A stretch of 64,000 nt of DNA, taken from the NCBI RefSeq assembly GCF_009914755.1, contig NC_060926.1; one strand, written 5' to 3'. Origin of the DNA: the human T2T-CHM13v2.0 reference genome, Homo sapiens. A program made the translations under genes and the position numbers. Below the pieces are notes generated by a model that saw nothing but the letters and a program-made list of their open reading frames with translations, did not search any database and was not told the origin of the DNA. Each line of letters starts with the position of its first letter. Within the stretch, counting starts at the first letter, position 1. Below, piece after piece: positions 58,723-64,000 of the stretch.

Positions 58723-61700
58723 AAGAACATAGGGAGAAGTATTTTTGTAAACAGACTGGGAATTTGTTTTGATTTCCTACTCAGTTTTTAAATTGCTATA
58801 CCCTTGGGCCCTTAAATACCTCCTAAGGGATGCCATTGTGATTGCTGTTTAGTAGTTGAGCCAACATAAAATTGATGTTGAGCTTTACAACAGCTGTTAT
58901 AGACCACTTTATGTTGATGCTGAAGCTTTTTAAAAATGCTGCTTGCATGAAAACGTTAACTCTTCGGTAGGAATCTGTTAAGTTTTCAGAGAGATTCGAA
59001 GGCCTTGCTTATATTTCTGGCTGATTTACAGATCTTACAATGTTGCAGTTGAGACTACTTAGAATATATACTCCTGCTTTATTTAGCTGACTGAATTTTC
59101 AGTAAAGACATGACAGTTTCCTAGCTACTTTCTATGGAAATGACAAAAGGCAGCTGCCCACTATGATTTTACCTTATTGACTGCAATTCAGTGTTTATGC
59201 ACAACCTTGGGACATTGATCTTCATCTTAATGGCTAAAATATATTTTTTAAATGTTTTGAAATTTGAGATAAAAATATTTTTCTGTATATGAATTACCTT
59301 AATTTTTGGAAATGTACCTTTTCTCTTTTAATATTCTGAATATGTGCTTAGAAATTTTGGATCAGTTAATTCTCTTTAAACCACAGAAGAAAGTAATCCA
59401 GTATCAATATTGAAGAATCTTTGCTTACATTAGAACTGTATGATCATTTCAACACTTAAACTCTGCTGAAATTCTGTTTAATGCATTTAGTACAAGAGTG
59501 TGGTTGTAGTTATCCTGTAAAACATTCTTCTCAGAGCTGGCACACGTTCTACACTTATGTAGTGTCCTTGTTGGATTTGTAGAAACGGATCTACGAGGGC
59601 TCCCCTGCTTTGTCTTAGCATTTTTATGTCAACTTGAAAATCCCTATCTTTCTAAGAAGTAACCTTACAACAAGGTACTTACTGATTTACTTGGATGAGT
59701 CAGTTATTTTTGGATAAGTGTTGATGCATATCACCTCATTCTCATAGGGATTGAGGGTTCTACATACCATTTTTATTAGCATTCCCTGGGTTAGAAAATA
59801 CTGTTGGCATTTTAGCTAAGTTGTCTTACAGGTTTTGATGATAATAGGGCTTTCTTACCATTTAACTTGTAGTCTTCCTAATGAAATTCTATGATTTGGT
59901 ATCTTTTAACATTAAACTTGAAGACTTCATTTAAGGCATTTGGTGTTTAACTAAAAGCAAAATGGCTTCTTTGTACCTGTTTACACATTAGGAAAAAAAA
60001 CAAAAAATGAGCACAGACTCCAACTCCATGGAAGAACACTGTTAAAAGAAGCATCTCTTAGATGATGAAAGCATTATAGCACTGTTCCAGTAAATAGCAC
60101 CAACTGCAGCTGATTCTTTGGTTTTATTAGGAAAGATAGCACATTTTGTGATCTGCAACGTTTAAATCAATTGAACTATAGTGAAATCTCTCCCCTGAAA
60201 TATCTATTACACAGCTTGCAACCTTTTGTTTAAGAGATTAAGTTTGCATCTCCTCATATTATCTCCTTGTAATTGGAAAACTTTCATTTTGACAGAGAAA
60301 ATGTGCCAGTATCCCTGTGAGCCTTGCCACAAGCCAATGCAGAATGCCATCTGGAGGATGCATGCCCAAGTCATGCAACAGCCTCCTGTCGGGATGTATC
60401 AGGAACTTTGCAACAGAACAACTAATAACATCTTAAGCTCCATTTGTCTAGCTCGCTAGTCCTCTTGGCAGAGGTCATACCAGCAGTGGTTTTGTTGATT
60501 TGCTGCATCAAATGTAATTAGGCTAAAGCACTCACTGACAGAGCCTCTGATAATGGCATAAAAGCCTCAGGCTTAAATTTACCCATTGAGTCAAATTTAA
60601 GTGGATCAACAAAGACATACTAATTTCATCACTAGAACAGTAAAACAATTATTTTTAAAGGTGCTTATTTGGGACAACAAGATTTTCCTTTCTTTGGATC
60701 TCATAATTGTTTTATTTTAATTTTAATTTTAATTTAATTTAATTTATTTTATTTTACTTTTTAGTCGCTGGCTTCCAATGAAGTGGTTGATGTCTCTGAC
60801 TAGGAAAGACAGTTTCATGTGTACACAAGCCATATATCCCTTCTGAATCTTACTCTCAAGTACCCTGTGGAAAATGATGAGATGTTTTTGTCAGGTTATA
60901 TCCAAATAACTTTGAACTCTACCAGTTGCATACTCATAAGGGTAGCAGTAACATTATTACTGACCTTTTAACCCTTGCTTACTGGAAAACTCCAGTTGTA
61001 CCAGTGGCCTCTTTATAAATGAGTCACTTTCAGGCTATGACTAAGATGAAGAAAGCATTACTTAGGGTTAAATTTAGGTCAAGTCTGGGCCCAGAGCACA
61101 AGACAGGCTTTAGTTGTTGTTAAGAGCCATAAGAAAACTATGAAAAGCATTTCTGCCTTATGCAGAGAAGAAACAATTCAACAGAAATAAGGTTTAACAG
61201 TTTCCTGCATAAATATTGTAAAGCAAGTCAGCAGGGGTCTGTGTTAGAGTGAGAGAGAGCTTGCAGGTGGTCTCAGCAGGAAGGAAGCACTTCCCTGGAA
61301 TGCCTATATGGATGATCTGGATGAAGCTTTTTAAGAATTAGCAAAGAAATTAAGTATGATGGAATAAACAAGATAATAATAATATGTGAAATGTACTCTT
61401 TTAATTCATTTCTAAATTTTCTCTTGTGTTCACTGGTTTTCAAATATACCACCAGCACTAGAACTCCTAAGAAATCACTCTGAAATTTCCAGGGCATGGC
61501 AATGATTTCTGAGGATTTTGTACCTCATCGTGGAATTTGACTTAGTTTGAGTTCTAGGTATACTGCTTTTGATGATAGCAATAGGCACACGTGAGAATGA
61601 GGTTAAGTAAGTGTTTATTTGAGGATTTAATATTGTACACACTCTAGGAGTAAAGCAATTATCATGCTGTTAATTTCATATTCATGTATGGCTTATTTAT

Positions 61701-61993
61701 TTGCTGTTTACCTCTCTGCATAATGAAAATGCCATGGAAATCTGCTTCTTCTAGCACTCTAATTTTAAATGAAGCTAAATGTTATGTATAATTTCAAGAT
61801 ACAGATTGCTAATTTCATTCTATTTTAAATACTGTATGCATGAGAAGCTTCTATGTTCTTGCAGAATCCATCTTTAACCAGAATCGAAGCATAATTTTCT
61901 AAGTAATTATGGAATAGTTAATACATTAAAATATGAATCAGGAGCATCATAGGCATATTTTGAACCATATAGTTTTCTAAACCTATATATATA

Positions 61994-61997
<4 letters not shown>

Positions 61998-62036
<39 letters not shown>
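61998..62036. repeat. (TG)n microsatellite preceded by (TA)n
   Basis: Directly visible. Confidence 0.95.
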
Positions 62037-62038
<2 letters not shown>

Positions 62039-63212
62039 TCCCTATCTCAGAGTCAACACCTTAGTTACTTTTCTGACAAATAAAATATAGTCATAACATA
62101 ATCTCTCTTATTGCTCCTACTGATAAATTATTTGCATCTGGCTTACTTGTAATTTGGTGGCAAAATCAATGTTTGGTGAAATGATTCTGAAAACTTCAGG
62201 GGCACTATAGTTTTCATTTATTTACATGATATGCTATTTTTAAAGAACCAGTCATTGCCAGAATTCTACGTTAGTTCATCTTCTGAGAATATAATGGGAA
62301 AAAAAAGAAAGAAAGAAGTTCATATCTAATGTACATGGAGTTTTCTTCTCCAGTCTGATAATTCACTCAAGTAACATGCCTCAGATTTCACTTCCAGGCC
62401 CACCCTTGCTCGTCTCTGCTCAATACCAGAAACTAGAGTTGTGTGTCATCCAAGTTTTTCTAATTTTTTATTTTTTCAGCAGGTATCACTGTGTGCCCAC
62501 CATGTGCATGAATAAAGTCCCTATTTCTGGGTGGCTACAGCCCAGTTGTGAAGATAACACATAGATGTGAAATATTGAATGAATAATACCACAAGTCAGT
62601 ATACATTTAAATATGCCAAAGGCAGAAATTGTTGAGGAAATTCACTTCTGAAAACTCTTAACATAGTCTGTAAAGCTTAATATTCGCCAGTTGTTCAATT
62701 TCCATTGTTATTTACAAAAATGAAGCTTTGAATTAAGGAAAAAAAAAGCACCATCTGCCTACCCATGCAATAATGCTTGGTTTTATTCCCAAGCATATCA
62801 ACCACTGGCTTGGCATTTTAACTAACTGAAGTAATTTTCTCGTTAGAGTGTGTCTGTGTCTACAAAATGCATTTTTCCTGGTTACTCATTTTAGTATTTC
62901 TGCTCTCTAGCTCTGCCTATGCTGGACTTGAAGCTTTCTGTCTGTAAGTACAGCCACCTTGTTAAATGATTCATACCTTCTAGGTACCTCAAGTGCAGAC
63001 TATACCTGATGCCCCTTCTTTTCCAGTTACTTATTCAATCAATCCCATCAATCCTTTTATTAATTGATTGTTTAGTCAATATTTATATTGAGTGCCTATT
63101 TTCTGTGGGCACAAACGGCACATACCGGCCTTTAAAGATACAGAGAAATGTAGAGCATACCTGCCCTCAACTACATTTCAAAGAAAAAGTGCATATAAAA
63201 ATATTCTGTCTG

Positions 63213-63505
63213 GGCTGGATGTGGTGGCTGATGCCTGTAATCCCAGCACTGTGGGAGGCTGAGGTAGGTGAATCACTTGAGCTCAGGAATTAGAGACTAG
63301 CCTGGCCAACATGGCAAAACCCTGTCTCTACTAAAAATACAAAAATTAGCCGGGTGTGGTGGCACACACCTATAACCTCAGCCACTCTGATGGCTGAGAC
63401 ATGGAGAATCTCTTGAACCGGGGAAGGGGAGGTTACTATGAGCAGAGATTATGCCACTGCACTCCAGTCTGGGTGACAGAGCGAGACTCTGTCTCAAAAA
63501 AAGAA
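63213..63505 (+). mobile_element. Old Alu (AluJb/Sz-like)
   Basis: Full dimer with A tail. Degenerate TSD aaaaatattctgtct / aaaaacaatctgtct. Flanked by antisense L2 3' fragments (~63030-63200 and ~63555-63710). Confidence 0.88.
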
Positions 63506-63724
63506 AAAACAATCTGTCTTAAGTAGAATTTTCTAAGTGTCAGAGAGAATGTTACACATTTATTCATTCAGTCCATCAATTTATTTAGCAAACATTTATA
63601 TTTATTGAGCATTGTGATATGTCAAGCATTCTGACTCACTGGAGATACAAAGATGAATAAATCATATATGGTGCCTGCCTGCCTTATATGAATTTAGAGT
63701 AAGTTGATACCATGGTAGGCTAGA

Positions 63725-63882
63725 ACTTTGTTCCTCCACGTTTGTCTGAGAACCAGGAGCATTGGCATCACCTAAGAGCTTCAGAAATAAATAATTTTAG
63801 GCTCCATCCAGATATACTGAATCAAAGTCTGCATTTTATTGAAGTGCCCAAGTGATCCAAAGTGAAGTTTGAAAATCACTGG
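63725..63882. mobile_element. MER5A-like MITE
   Basis: agcattggcatcacctaagagct...tactgaatcaaagtctgcatttt...aagtttgaaaatcactg. Confidence 0.7.
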
Positions 63883-64000
63883 GCTAGAAGGATTATGGAA
63901 TGCTTTTGTGGAGGAGCTGAAATAAGTAGATATCATCAAGTTTTATTAAAAGAGGAAGGAAGACTTGTTAAAAAGGATTGGATAAAATCTGAAATCTAAT

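Overview
This is primate (human-like) AT-rich genomic DNA, not prokaryotic. It contains the last three coding exons and 3' UTR of the ubiquitin-conjugating enzyme gene UBE2E3 on the + strand: exons 12021-12153, 14991-15138 and 16791-16888, with AATAAA at 17404. The first 12 kb is intron. The remaining ~46 kb is non-coding DNA dominated by interspersed repeats: a full-length, decayed L1PA7-type element with a 13-bp TSD, several Alus, L1M/L2/MIR fragments, hAT and Tigger MITEs, and MaLR/ERVL solo LTRs. The ORF track is almost entirely spurious or L1/Alu-derived. I see no new protein system. The most interesting unexplained signals are: (1) a candidate in-frame alternative last exon of UBE2E3 at 30185 with its own poly(A) signal; (2) CTCF motifs in divergent orientation across the UBE2E3 3' end, with a RUNX/ETS/TATA cluster at ~30.8-31.3 kb; (3) an atypical tail-less L1 segment joined to an inverted fragment of a younger L1 5' UTR. 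Repeat subfamily names come from my recall of consensus sequences, not from a search.
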